From: Octopus vulgaris
Taxonomy: Eukaryota
Reading direction: 5' to 3'
Length of the DNA stretch: 64,000 nt
Assembly (NCBI GenBank): GCA_951406725.2
Contig: OX597825.1
Span: forward strand, 35,154,001 to 35,218,000
Positions 13,364 to 25,979 of the stretch are shown here, in pieces. The notes below the pieces were generated by a model that made no database searches, was not told where the DNA came from, and saw nothing but the letters and a program-made list of their open reading frames with translations. How positions within the stretch are numbered: position 1 is the stretch's first letter; each line of letters begins with the position of its first letter. The position numbers were made by a program, and so were the translations under genes.

Positions 13364-13764
13364 TAAATGTATATATATATGTGTGTGTGTACACACATAC
13401 ACACACAAACACACACATATATATACATACACTGAGGCACATATACACAAGCATTTATTCCGTTAGGCCTACGCCCATTCACATACAGACACAACCTGAT
13501 TACGGATATAATTTCTAAATGACACACATTCAAATATAAATAAATACTTTTATACATATGCATAATAATCTGTTTATAGAAAACAAATTATAAAAACATC
13601 CAATTCATTTACAGTTATGTACTGAAATAAGTATACCTACACAAGCATGCACACACACATGCGCGCGCATGCACGTGAGCGTGAGTGCGCGTGCACACAA
13701 AGAAATATGCATAAAAGCAGATGCACAAAGTGTTATATCTAACTGGCACAACATCAGTTACAAT

Positions 13765-13990
13765 AGACACGTGTACCCTTGACGTAGTTCTCAGAGAGAT
13801 TCAGCGTGACACAGAAAGTGACAAGGTTGGCTTTCTGAAATACAAGTGTTACACACTTTTATCCTGTTTAAGCGGACTGGAGTATCGTCAAATAGTGCAG
13901 CTCGATCGAGGACACAAAGTGCCATCAGGACTCAAACAATCCCTTACGATCTTGAGCGGAATACCCTAACCTCTAAGCCACGCGCCTTCA
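13765..13990 (-). mobile_element. tRNA-derived SINE family C
   Basis: Minus head gaaggcgcgtggcttagaggttagggt (A-box). Relatives at 32201 (+) and about 45975-46115 (-). Confidence 0.72.
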
Positions 13991-14033
13991 CTCCCTCTGT
14001 CTGTCTATTATCTCTCTCTCCCCCTCTCTCTCT

Positions 14034-14102
<69 letters not shown>

Positions 14103-14106
14103 TATA

Positions 14107-14526
14107 GGTGCAGGAGTGGTTGTGTCGTAAGTAGCTTGTTTACCAACCACATGGTTCTGGGTTCAGTCCCACTGCATGGCACCTTGGGCAAGTGTCTTCT
14201 ACTATAGCCTCGGGCTGACCAAAGCCTTGTGAGTGGATTTGGTAGACGGAAACTGAAAGAAGCTCGTCGTATATATGTATATGTATATATATGTACGTGT
14301 GTGTGTGTTTGTGTGTCTGTGTTTGTCCCCCTAGCATTGCTTGACAACCGATGCTGGTGTGTTTATGTCTCCATTACTTAGTGGTTCGGCAAAAAGAGAC
14401 CGATAGAATAAGTACTGGGCTTACAAAGAATTATTCCCGGGGTCGATTTGCTCGATTAAAGGCGGTGCTCCAGCATGGCCGCAGTCAAATGACTGAAACA
14501 AGTAAAAGAGTAAAAGAGTAAAGAGT
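14107..14526 (+). mobile_element. tRNA-derived SINE family A, full-length copy
   Basis: tRNA-like head with B-box-like ggttcagtccc, internal (TA)/(TG) tract and (gtaaaaga)n tail; many copies in the window. Confidence 0.92.
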
Positions 14527-14529
14527 ATA

Positions 14530-14893
14530 TTAGCAGTATCGCCCGGCATTGCTCGGGTTTGTTTCGACCCTTTAGAATTGGAATTTTTGAAAAGTAAAAA
14601 TATTGCATTATGTAGCTTGTTATTCTCTTTAAGCGAACATTTTTCTGGTTGAAATACACCGTTAAATTGCAACACAGCAGTCAAGAAACTGTAAAAAATA
14701 GGGATTTTCATAGAAAAAAAGCACCTTTTTGATGTAAATAATTTTTGGTCTTAACATGGTCCGATTTGAATTTCATCTTCTACGGAATGAAGAGCAAGCC
14801 TTCTTCTATCACGGTCTCGGAGGAGATAGTGTTAGTTGAAGGCTACCAAACCTGCCACACACAGACAACTTCAGCTTTATATATATATATAGA
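14530..14893 (-). mobile_element. Non-autonomous Helitron
   Basis: Minus strand reads A|TCtatatata... and ends with hairpin cccgagcaatgccggg followed by CTAA|T (CTRR end, A/T insertion site). Confidence 0.8.
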
Positions 14894-15193
14894 TATAATA
14901 TACGCGAGTATATTCAAATATACATCATATCCGTGTGTGTGTATGTGTGTGTATGTGTGTGTGTGTGTGTGTGCATGTAATCGTCTAAGAGTCCAGAACC
15001 CAGAAAAACAGGCATTCATATATTTGCCCATTAAGTGGGAATATTAAGAAACATGCCATCTCTGAAGACCACGTGTATTAGATGCCCTGATCAAATGTCC
15101 GGTTATCTAATATCCAGTGTTAAACCAATTGATAAAATCGGCTGCATCGGAGCTATAATACCGTTCGCATTGATTAATATAGTATATATATGA

Positions 15194-15244
<51 letters not shown>

Positions 15245-15248
15245 TATA

Positions 15249-15409
15249 TCTTGTTGGCGAACAGATTTCATCGAGAAAATTGTCACCCTTGCTTACTGCC
15301 AGTCCCCTATAGCACATTCTCCATCACACTCATTTCTCTTATGTTTTTAATGTTATTATTGAGTTATGATACATATATATTTTTCAGGAGTGTACTTTAA
15401 AAGAAGAGT
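15249..15409 (+). repeat. About 160-bp direct repeat, copy 2
   Basis: See 12006-12166. Confidence 0.9.
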
Positions 15410-16444
15410 GTACTTTAATAGAGAAAGAGCAGCTAAATTTCCTACAATCGACACTATCGAATGCTGTCTATTGAATATGCACCTACCCTAAAAATATTGT
15501 CTTGCACCAGATCAAAAGAAATAACCAGCACTTCGCATGAACTTAGGTAAGTTCCCGGAAACGGAGAAATTGCAAACCGAGTTTCCTTCTCCATTTAAGT
15601 CTTGTCACTCCATTTCCGCAAGAAATACACAAGCGAAAGTAATGAACGTCACACATTTCCCTCCACCTCCATTATAAAGTGTATGAAGTTGTGTGTTAGT
15701 AACAGATCAATATTTTCCATAAAGTCGTTTGGCACTTTTATTACACATATCTTTCGACTCGTTTAACAGAAAACAGATCGAATAATGTCACATATCATTC
15801 ATAAAGACAGTTACATAAATGTCAAGTAACTTGGCCAATTGTGAATACTTGTTGACATTTAGTAGAAAACATTTCAAACAGCTAATTAACGTTAGAAAAC
15901 TTTGAAATATAACAGCCACAATAAAACGTGTAGTTTCTCGTTTGCCTTTACAAGCTATCTATATATTAAAACATGCTTGAATAAAGATGACATCCAAGGT
16001 GGCCAATTACCACTATTTCAAGTGTTCAGCAGTCTGACAGAAGTATTAGAATTCTGGGCTAAATGTTTCAGAGAATTTAGTTTCGATCTGCTACGGCTCG
16101 ATTTGAAACTTTTGTGTTAGATTTTATAGCATTGTGTAGACATTGTCTTCAGATAGGGTAGATTAACCAAGTAGATTCCATCTGGCTTTTGGCAATCCTC
16201 ATTGAATAGTTTCAAATTATTTCAGAAAGCTACAGCTTCACATGGTCAAGTGCAATATATTGTGTTACTTGTTTGTGGCTAAAGTGGAGTAAGTCAGTAA
16301 GTGTTCAGGTCGTCCGTTGTAAACATAGCAGAATACACGTCATGGACATCAAAACATCTTTTCGACGGTTTGGCTGATAGTCTGGTCATACATACATACA
16401 TGCATACATACATACATACATACATACATACATACATACATACA

Positions 16445-16478
<34 letters not shown>

Positions 16479-17826
16479 GATATATACATGTGTTTCTATG
16501 TATGTGTGTATGTATTACATTTCTATCGACATAGACCAGACTAAAGCCATCTTTCTCATTCCTAATTCTATCAAATATCTTGTCTTTAAATAAGCAGAGA
16601 CACTCGATCCACGACACACGTTCGATATATAATTGTAGACATCTTGCTTTATTCCAGTCACTAACGCTCTTCAGAAAGGAATGAATGTCAAACTACCTAG
16701 CTTCTCCCACTCATTAAAATCCTAGACATAATGAGACTATATACGAGAAATCGATCCTTGATTAGCAGCAATTGACAAAATGTACCGTTTTTATTAACGA
16801 TCAACAGTAATAAACGATAAAAGAGAACCAGTCCAAACCAACGCCTAAAATAAAACATAAAATCCAGTATATTTTATCGGATTCTTTTTTGTTAAATCAA
16901 TAACGCTCGATTTACTAAACTATCTAGTGAATTAGTTGTTATAAAAATCAGTACCAATGATGAATGAAAGAGTAACCTGCGCTAAGGAACCTTTGTCCGA
17001 TATTAAAATATCCAGTAGATGATCGATATCTTACATTTAACCGAATACAATTTGAGAGTTGTGTAAAGTTTAGGGGAAAAGTTCTTTAAAAATGTCCATC
17101 CCATTGTAGCTGAAACCACAAGTGGCGTAAGAATGAATCTGAGAGAAAAAAGAGACAACAGCCTGTCACCTTGGGCTAGAGTGGGAAAGATGGCATGAGA
17201 ATAGTTACGAATTGGTGCTGATGGTGGCTGGGCAATGTAGAAATATTTTAAACAACTGAGAAACGAAGTTGTAGATATATCTTCTCCAAGGATGCCATGT
17301 GTCAGTGAAACAGAATCATAAACTATGGAAAACATGTCCTCTGAAGCAGAACCATGCCTTTCTGCTGACTCTGCAGTCGATCACGTAGGGGTGCTTTCTC
17401 TTTGTTAGTGTTGGTGATACTTATCCTATTTAAACTGCCATCGAGCAAACATATGACTAAAAGTGCTCTAGTCGTGAATATCCATCGTTTTTATACATAC
17501 AATGTATCTAGGAGTGTATAAAATAGGGAAATTTACAATCACATATGTGTAAAATGGTCAAAGTTTGCCAATGAAATGATTATAAATATATAATTTTAGT
17601 GATAAAGGAAGTTGAGACAAAAGTATTCATATTGTTTTGAAATTGTTATTTGTCCTGAATTCTCTGTTCGGATGTACTTAGGCGCAGGCATAGCTGTGTG
17701 ATCAAGAGGTTCGCTTTGCAACCAATTGATTTTGGTTCGGTCACGCTGTGTAGCACCTTGAAGGTGACTTCTACTACAGTCCAGGGTTGATATATACATA
17801 TGCGTATCTATATATATACATATGCG

Positions 17827-17928
<102 letters not shown>

Positions 17929-19121
17929 CACGTATGCATACAAACATATGTGTTCCTGGCTTTCAAGGTGTCGCGAAAGACCTAGTTGGAAGCCTAGCCT
18001 TCCAAATTCTTTTATAGGGCTTAGAAAAACTGAAGGACCGCTACAATTAGTGTGTGAATCTGAGAGGGGAATTTATTTGAATAAAATCATAATAACTGAT
18101 CTTCTTGTATTTTCTTTTACTTAAAGCCAAGAACTTTTCAGCAGCCCCTCGTGTGTGTGTCTGTGTGTGTGTGTATACAAAAACATATATATCCACATAC
18201 ACACACACACACATATATATATGTAGATGTATACTTGTGTATTCATACATATACGTACGTATAAAAACGTATGCAAATACGCACACACGGACAGGCGCAC
18301 GCAGGAACCCACATACATGTGCTCATTTTCATTATGCAATATACAGTATGTAGTAGAGACTCATGCAACGCTGCAGGCTTTACCCATTATATATCATGAA
18401 TTACACAACACAGAGTAACACAATACAATCTACATTACGCAACGTTACAACAAAAGAAATATATACATATAAAAACATACACTGCATACACTGCACAAGA
18501 TATATTGCATAACACTTGTACACACACCTACATCTTCTCACAAATCAACCTACACGCGAAGGTTTACTGTGACAATATACTGAGAAAATGCGGCAATAAA
18601 TTTCTCTTCTGAAAACATAGAGGGCAGAGAATAACAAAATAATAGAATGAGGCAGATTTCTGGTTGATTAATGTGAAATAGTAAGAAACGCACCCAGATA
18701 CACATTCAATAATGGCTTAAAACTTAGCTAAGCCTTTTCTGAATGAAATCGCGTTATAAAATAGGATTTCGCCTAAACACTTTGAGACTGATCCCTGATA
18801 ATATAATTGCAATATATTTGCTACTGTTTAATCCACGGTCAGCCATCGATGATCTAAACTGTTGTTTTTCTTTTATAGTTTTGAAGCTTTCCTCACTGGA
18901 CGGCGACCATCTGGATGGATTATATCGACCTCAATACTTAGTTTTATGTCTGCTACACAATTTATCGATCTCTAATTGTCGAACTAAAAGTTTACGAAAT
19001 ATTAGTAAAAAGCACCGTTTCAACCGTTTTTCAAGCAATGTTAATATAAAAGTAGGAATGAGAACAGACACATGCAGATCTGTCTATCTGTCTGTCTATC
19101 TCTGTCTCCCTCTCTTTGTAC

Positions 19122-19159
<38 letters not shown>

Positions 19160-19366
19160 GGAAAGGCAAACAATTACGCAAGACAAGACAAGGACATTTA
19201 ATTTAATTTAATCCAATCTAATTTAGGTATATAACGAATGATAAACAAATGGTAAAAAAAATAGCTAAAAATAGTAAAAAATAGTGATCCAGACAAAAAT
19301 TCATACCATTTATATATATAAATATATACATGTGTGTGTGTGAGTGTGTGTGTGTGTGTGATGTGT

Positions 19367-19416
<50 letters not shown>

Positions 19417-19679
19417 TGTGTGATCTCCTGCTCTCTCTGTCCTTCTCTCTATATATGCATATCAATAGACACAGATATGTATGAATTTCATTAAGATATG
19501 ATGAGTATGGTTGGAATGCTTTTGATCAGAGGTTTGCGTGCTCAGCATTGATGTATGTCTAAACATCAACGAAAAGGTGTCTCTACGTAATTGTTCAATG
19601 TGCTAGAAATAACAGCTAAGTGACATTGAAATCATACTTTATCATTTTAAAATGTACTTGTGAATTGTATATAAATATC

Positions 19680-19895
19680 AGCGAACAGACAGAATCGTTA
19701 GCACGCCGGTCAAACTTGTTAGTGACATTTTGTCCGCCTTTACGTTTTGTGTTCAAATTACTCCGAGTTCAACTTTGCCTTTCATCGTTCTGGGTCGATG
19801 AAATAACAACCAGTCAAGTACCGGTGTGGGGTCAATAAAATCGACTGTCTCCCTTTCCCTTAAGACCTTGTGCCTATAGTAGAAAGAAAGATTAT
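19680..19895 (+). mobile_element. SINE family B, diverged
   Basis: cagaatcgttagcacgccgg ... ctttgcctttcatcgttctgggtcgat. Confidence 0.8.
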
Positions 19896-20404
19896 GAGCC
19901 TTTTAAATTTTAGTCTAAGGCCAGTAATTTTAGTGAGGAGACAAAACGATTACACCGTCTCTAATCGGCAGAATTGAGACAGAGTGTAAGGAACCGAAAG
20001 AAATGCTGTTACGCACTTTGTCCATCGCTCTAACGATTGTGCCAGCTCATCGCCTTTTGAGTTGTAAATAATGTTAATACATACATTTAGAGTTGTAATA
20101 TTTTCCAGTCGCTGTATTTTATGAATGAACAGAAGATTACTGGAAAACTCAATGTTCCTGAATTGTGTTCTATTATCGAAGAAAACGAATATAGCCGTAG
20201 GCATAACAAAACATTTAACTAATTGTATTGATATATAGCCTCAGATACAGTCGTGTTAGGAAGTTCTTTTCGTAAACGCCCGTTTTCCGATTCGATTCCA
20301 CTTCGCAGCACCTTGGGCAAGTGTCTTCCATCAATGACTCGATTTTGCCAATAATAATACCTTGTGACGGAAATCTGTGGACGGAAACTATAAAGAGGCT
20401 CATC

Positions 20405-20440
<36 letters not shown>

Positions 20441-20536
20441 ATCCAAACATGAAAACACAAGAAGAAAACACAACAACGCGAGGACGTGGAACAAGTATAG
20501 TGTTATTGGACGCTCAGGAAAGGAAAGAAAGAAGGA

Positions 20537-20574
20537 GGATCTAACGTTTCGAGCGGAGCTCTTCGTCAGAAACA
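20537..20574 (-). ncRNA. Minimal hammerhead-like motif (CUGACGA-A variant) inside module 20436-20641
   Basis: Minus: gttt CTGACGA A gagc-tcc-gctc GAAACGTT agat. Confidence 0.65.
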
Positions 20575-20658
20575 TAGAAAAAAGAAAGATCTAAGGAAGG
20601 GAATACGGAGGAAAAAATCGCCGACGATACATACGCGGTCACACACACACACATATAA

Positions 20659-20731
<73 letters not shown>

Positions 20732-20893
20732 AAGAAATAAGGTACTCAGAAATTCGGATGGTTTTATATTTACAGATATCTATTTGAATAATACATGTTT
20801 TTATACATCATATAACCTATATCATATGTCATATATTAGCGCTTTCTCGCATTCTAGTGGAGTATTCAAATCGAACTAAGTTCCTATGAAAAC

Positions 20894-21021
20894 ATTTTGA
20901 CCATTTTATAGGGTTATTGAGTGTGTAGTGGTGGGGAGGAATATAAGATAGTACAAAGGGTGATGAATGGGGATCCCTCCCTACTACTACACACTCAATA
21001 ACACTATAAAATGGTCAAAAT
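20894..21021. repeat. About 46-bp imperfect inverted repeat
   Basis: 20894-20939 versus 20976-21021. Confidence 0.88.
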
Positions 21022-21211
21022 CTTTTATGTTACCGTTTGTAGACAGTTGTGATTAACTTTTTTCATGTTTAATAAAAAGTATGACGAAAGTAGTAATCAT
21101 TGACCAGTTGTGCAAACCTATCGGTAACGTACCTATAATGACTACTGGAAATCCTCTAAAAAAGGAAGAATACGTAATGACCATTATTTATATCTTGTCT
21201 TATATGTGTAT

Positions 21212-21284
<73 letters not shown>

Positions 21285-21287
<3 letters not shown>

Positions 21288-21480
21288 AGGTCCCGGGTTG
21301 AGTCGGGGTTAACCACAGTAAATAAGGTACTCAATACATAGCAGAGTAAAATAATTTATTATATAGAAGGAGTTCTACAGGACTAGAACTGTTTCATTCA
21401 AAAGAAATCATCAGGAACCTTCCTGATGATTTCTTTTGAATGAAACAGTTCTAGTCCTGTAGAAGCTCCTTCTATATAAT

Positions 21481-21483
<3 letters not shown>
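21285..21483. mobile_element. Short (TA)n-embedded module with a 63-bp fold-back hairpin; inverted copy of its left part at 59231-59333
   Basis: 21355-21417 versus 21420-21483 (one indel, 2-nt loop); each arm carries CTGATGA...GAAAC. Confidence 0.8.
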
Positions 21484-21539
<56 letters not shown>

Positions 21540-21619
21540 CATTTTCATCTAGTTTCAGCTTACGAGCTGTGGCCATGCTGAGACACCGATATATATATAC
21601 ACATATATATATATATATG

Positions 21620-21780
21620 AATAAAAAATGGAGTTAACGCAGGTTTAAACAAGTATTTTTACTTTCTACACATGTTTCGAAAATTCCACTGATACTATTC
21701 AAAAGAATAAATGGTATAAACAATGCAATCTTCTCTTCGTGTTAATTGTTAACAAGGTAAAAATACACTCATCTATTCAT
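21620..21780 (-). mobile_element. Diverged PLE terminal-repeat remnant with decayed long-stem-II hammerhead
   Basis: Minus gaagagaag...ttttcgaaacatgtgtagaa...ctgcgttaactccattt parallels the PLE repeat gaagagaaag...ctttcgaaacacgtgtagaa...ctgcgttcagctccattt. Confidence 0.7.
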
Positions 21781-22819
21781 ATATATATATATATATATAT
21801 TAAAATTATAATTTAGAGTATCTAAGAGATACTTCCAAGCTGGAAATAGCAGCCAAAACGTGTCTCTAAAATCACATTAAATGTTCATACAGCACCAGGA
21901 AAGAAGACAAAAGGATAAGATGAACTAGCAAAATATTACTGGATAATTCCAGATCCCGGATTTCTGACTTTACATAAGAAATGCTTTGCCTCATCAGTGG
22001 CATAAATACAGATAGTAACATAAATACACATATATATACACATAACATACGAATACTTACATATACGAACGTATACATACATATATATTCACGTATGCAC
22101 ACAACCAGTTTAAATTGCCCGCCTATAACTCCTCGTGTGATATGGTCAAAATACCAACCGTAGTAAATATAATGAAATAAATATAAATTTTATAGATGGA
22201 GACTTTTAGATAGAATTAACCGGTTGATAACTTTAGGCATCTAATATGAATATATCCCTACCATGTTTGCAACCCACTATGTGTCATTAAGACAAGTTTG
22301 TAACATCATCCATGATTATAATAGGCAACTTCCATTGCATATAAATATATATACGCACGCAAACACGCATGTGCCTGCGCGCGTGTGCGTAGGGGCATTG
22401 ACGGTTGCGCCGGGGGAGACCGCACTATATGTGTGCGAGCGCGCGTGTGTGCTTGTGTGTGCATGTGTTTATATTTGCCTCCCCCACCGCTTGATAACCG
22501 GTGTTGGCTTGTCTTCGTTCCATAGCGGTTCGACACAGGGTATGTGGATGGGATGGATTTCGGTAACTGTTAAAGATAAGTATTTATGAATGTGAACACG
22601 TTTCAGAAGCCGTATAAATGGATGATCACAACCGAAATTGACTGATCACAGATGTGCTGAATCAGGAATGACTTGGTGTTGAACAACAGCGACACCGGTT
22701 CACTGCTTAGCTCACGTCCGTAGCATACGAGAAGGTCGACCTACCAATGTTATTAGCCAAAACTTTCTCAAATCAAACTGAACCGTATTAAAAAAAAAAG
22801 ACATTTCTTTATATGATCT

Positions 22820-22978
22820 TTCTTTTCCTTGTTTCACTCACTGGACTGGTCATGCTGGGGCACCGCCTTGAAATGCTTCCTAGAAAAAAAAAACATCCCA
22901 GTCTAGTACTTATTCTTTTGCCGAAACATTTAATTACGGCAGCACAAACAAAGCAACACCTGTTATCAAGTGATATGG

Positions 22979-23061
<83 letters not shown>

Positions 23062-23240
23062 GCGTACTCACATACACACACAATTAGCCTTCCACACAGT
23101 TTTCATCTGCCAAATCCATTCACAAGGCACTGGTTTGCCCAGGGCTACACTAGGAGAATCTTGCCCAACATGTGGCACTGTGGGACTGAACCAGAAACCA
23201 TATGGTTGCAAAGCAAGCTTCTTAACCACGCAGACATGCC
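22820..23240 (-). mobile_element. SINE family A, diverged, with (CA)n core
   Basis: catgctggggcaccgcc ... cttgcccaacatgtggcactgtgggactgaacc. Confidence 0.8.
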
Positions 23241-24255
23241 CGGATTCTATGATCATAGGAAATACGGGATGGTCGTGGCAAGAATGCCTTTGATCAGAGG
23301 TGGTGTCCAATGAGGGCTGACCTCTGTCTAAAGAACAACAACAACAGCATCCTTTGATTTCTTGGATCATGTACGTCTCCCGCACCCTGCTTTAGTCATA
23401 TTCCGTGTTAGCCTAGGGAACGGCCAGATTCTCTTTACCCGACCTAAGTCCGCAGCATGTGTCTGTCATCGGTACTAGCTTCCTGTGTTAACTGAGGCAA
23501 CACTCGTAACCTGTGGATACCTGCTACAATATCACAGCTTACGTCAGTCTAGTCAGTACCCATAGTCTATTCCTGTTTACTTAGCCCCTTGTTTGCCAAG
23601 TCCACTGTTGCAGACTCCGTGCACCTATTTCATGGTTTGCAAAATATACATCAATAAGTTGAAGTTTATCTATGGACATCAATGCATTCTCTATGCAAAG
23701 GTCGACATTATCAGAGGCTATGTATATAAAGACGTTATTTATAGTTCTTGGAATATCTAGCATTTATCTACAGCCCTATAATATCGAATCTATATCTCAG
23801 ATTATATCATAAGCAACGAGCAAATTACCAATTATATTACCGTAAATAAAATCTATATAAACTTTCATATTGCCTCTATCTATTCTAAATAAATGGAAAA
23901 GTATTGGAAAAATTGATGAGCTGGAATATATTTATTTTCTTGACAAAAGCTAAGCTGGTCGTAAGCCTAGCATAACTTTTGGCTAATCGCTGGTATTTGT
24001 CTCTGTGTGTCTGTCATACACACGTCCACAAACACGTATACCTACATAGAAATACATAAACGTGAGTGTGTGTATATATATATGTGTGTATGTGTGGTGT
24101 GTGTGTTACATATATATTACATATATATATAGACACATAAGCACCTAAACTTACACATATACACAAATACATATATACACATAGGTGCACAAACATATGC
24201 ACACACGCATTAAGTTGGCTCACTGGAGCTTCGTGGTGTTATTTCTTCAGACAGG

Positions 24256-24537
<282 letters not shown>

Positions 24538-24939
24538 GGCGTGAGTGTGTGTATGTGTGTGTGTGTGTGTGTTTACAATCACACCCACAATCCCTTATGT
24601 GTAGATGCGTTTCATAATACGCCAGTACGTTAAAATTTGGCTGCTAAGATTTATGAGAGGCTAGCTGTTAATGTATATATGGCTTCTGTAGTAGTTATAG
24701 TTAAGGTGTTCAGTAATAAAAAAAAGTTTCTTAATTGCTATCTGTTTATCATTATCTATCCTGTTTGTAAACATAACAGATTTTTCTTTTATACATTTGA
24801 CATTTATTTCCCTCAAAACGATGTGCTTACTTGATTTAAAACAACATTAAGTATAGTTTTTTTTTTCCAAAAGCTACACTCTTTACAAAAGTGTGTGAGG
24901 TTGGGGGGTTGGATGGGGGGTTGGATGGGGGGTGTATAG

Positions 24940-24980
<41 letters not shown>

Positions 24981-25079
24981 TAAAGATTGAATTGCCCTGT
25001 CTGGTCAGTTCAAATTCTTGATTTACACTTAGCTTGTCTTAAATTTTATTTTAGTACTATTATCAGTAAGTACAGCTTA

Positions 25080-25127
<48 letters not shown>

Positions 25128-25578
25128 CTAGCAGCTAAGCCCAGTTTCATCCGGTCGGTTTGGATGATGTGGCTGTAAAACCTGCTCTGTGTAAGCATTC
25201 GACTTGCTTGGTCATACTTACGTTAAAAAACAACTTTAGAATGACTTTTTCTGCCAAAACGCTAAAAATAACTGACCAAAAAAAAAAAAAAAAACGACCA
25301 AGATTCAGCCAAATCAAAATATAAACCCAAATACTAAGTGAATAAAGGTGAACCATCCTACTTCCATTACACGCACACACGCACACACACACATTTACAT
25401 ACCCCCTTTTACATACACACACATATATTCACACAGAGTTGAAACACTGTTTGATTTATTTTTTCAGCGTACAATATTCATCATCCCACTACCAAGTATG
25501 GCATCATCCCTTCCTTCCTTATTCATCTATCATCCCTTCCTTTCTCATTCATAAACACAAGAGTATTATTATAGTAGA
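25128..25578 (-). mobile_element. Non-autonomous Helitron (second family)
   Basis: Minus A|TCtactataataat... start; 3' hairpin ccggatgaaactgg followed by CTAG|T. Confidence 0.68.
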
Positions 25579-25744
25579 TTATCTCGGTAACCATGGAAGC
25601 TATGAAAAATACAAAGCCCAGCAACGCCACCGGATCATTCTACACATCTGTATCATTTTTTGCGCAATTCCACCCAGCCGTTTGACCGTGAATCCCAAGA
25701 TAAGAAAGAATCGCCCATGTCAAATACATATGCATGTATGTATA

Positions 25745-25853
<109 letters not shown>

Positions 25854-25941
25854 ATTCAAATCTACAGAAAACAAAAGACGAAGACAGGTGAGAGAACAGC
25901 AAGGAGATATAATTGTTTGACGCTCGGGAAGAATGGAAAAG

Positions 25942-25979
25942 TCTTTGACGTTTCGAGACCACACTCTTCGCCAGAAAGG
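25942..25979 (-). ncRNA. Minimal hammerhead-like motif (CUGGCGA-A, core mutated) inside module 25850-26062
   Basis: Minus: cttt CTGGCGA A gag-tgtggt-ctc GAAACGTC aaag; stem I is cttt/aaag. Confidence 0.6.

Noticed and set aside
12006-15409. LTR retrotransposon bounded by the direct repeats
   Set aside because: No TG...CA ends, primer-binding site, polypurine tract or gag/pol remnants seen.
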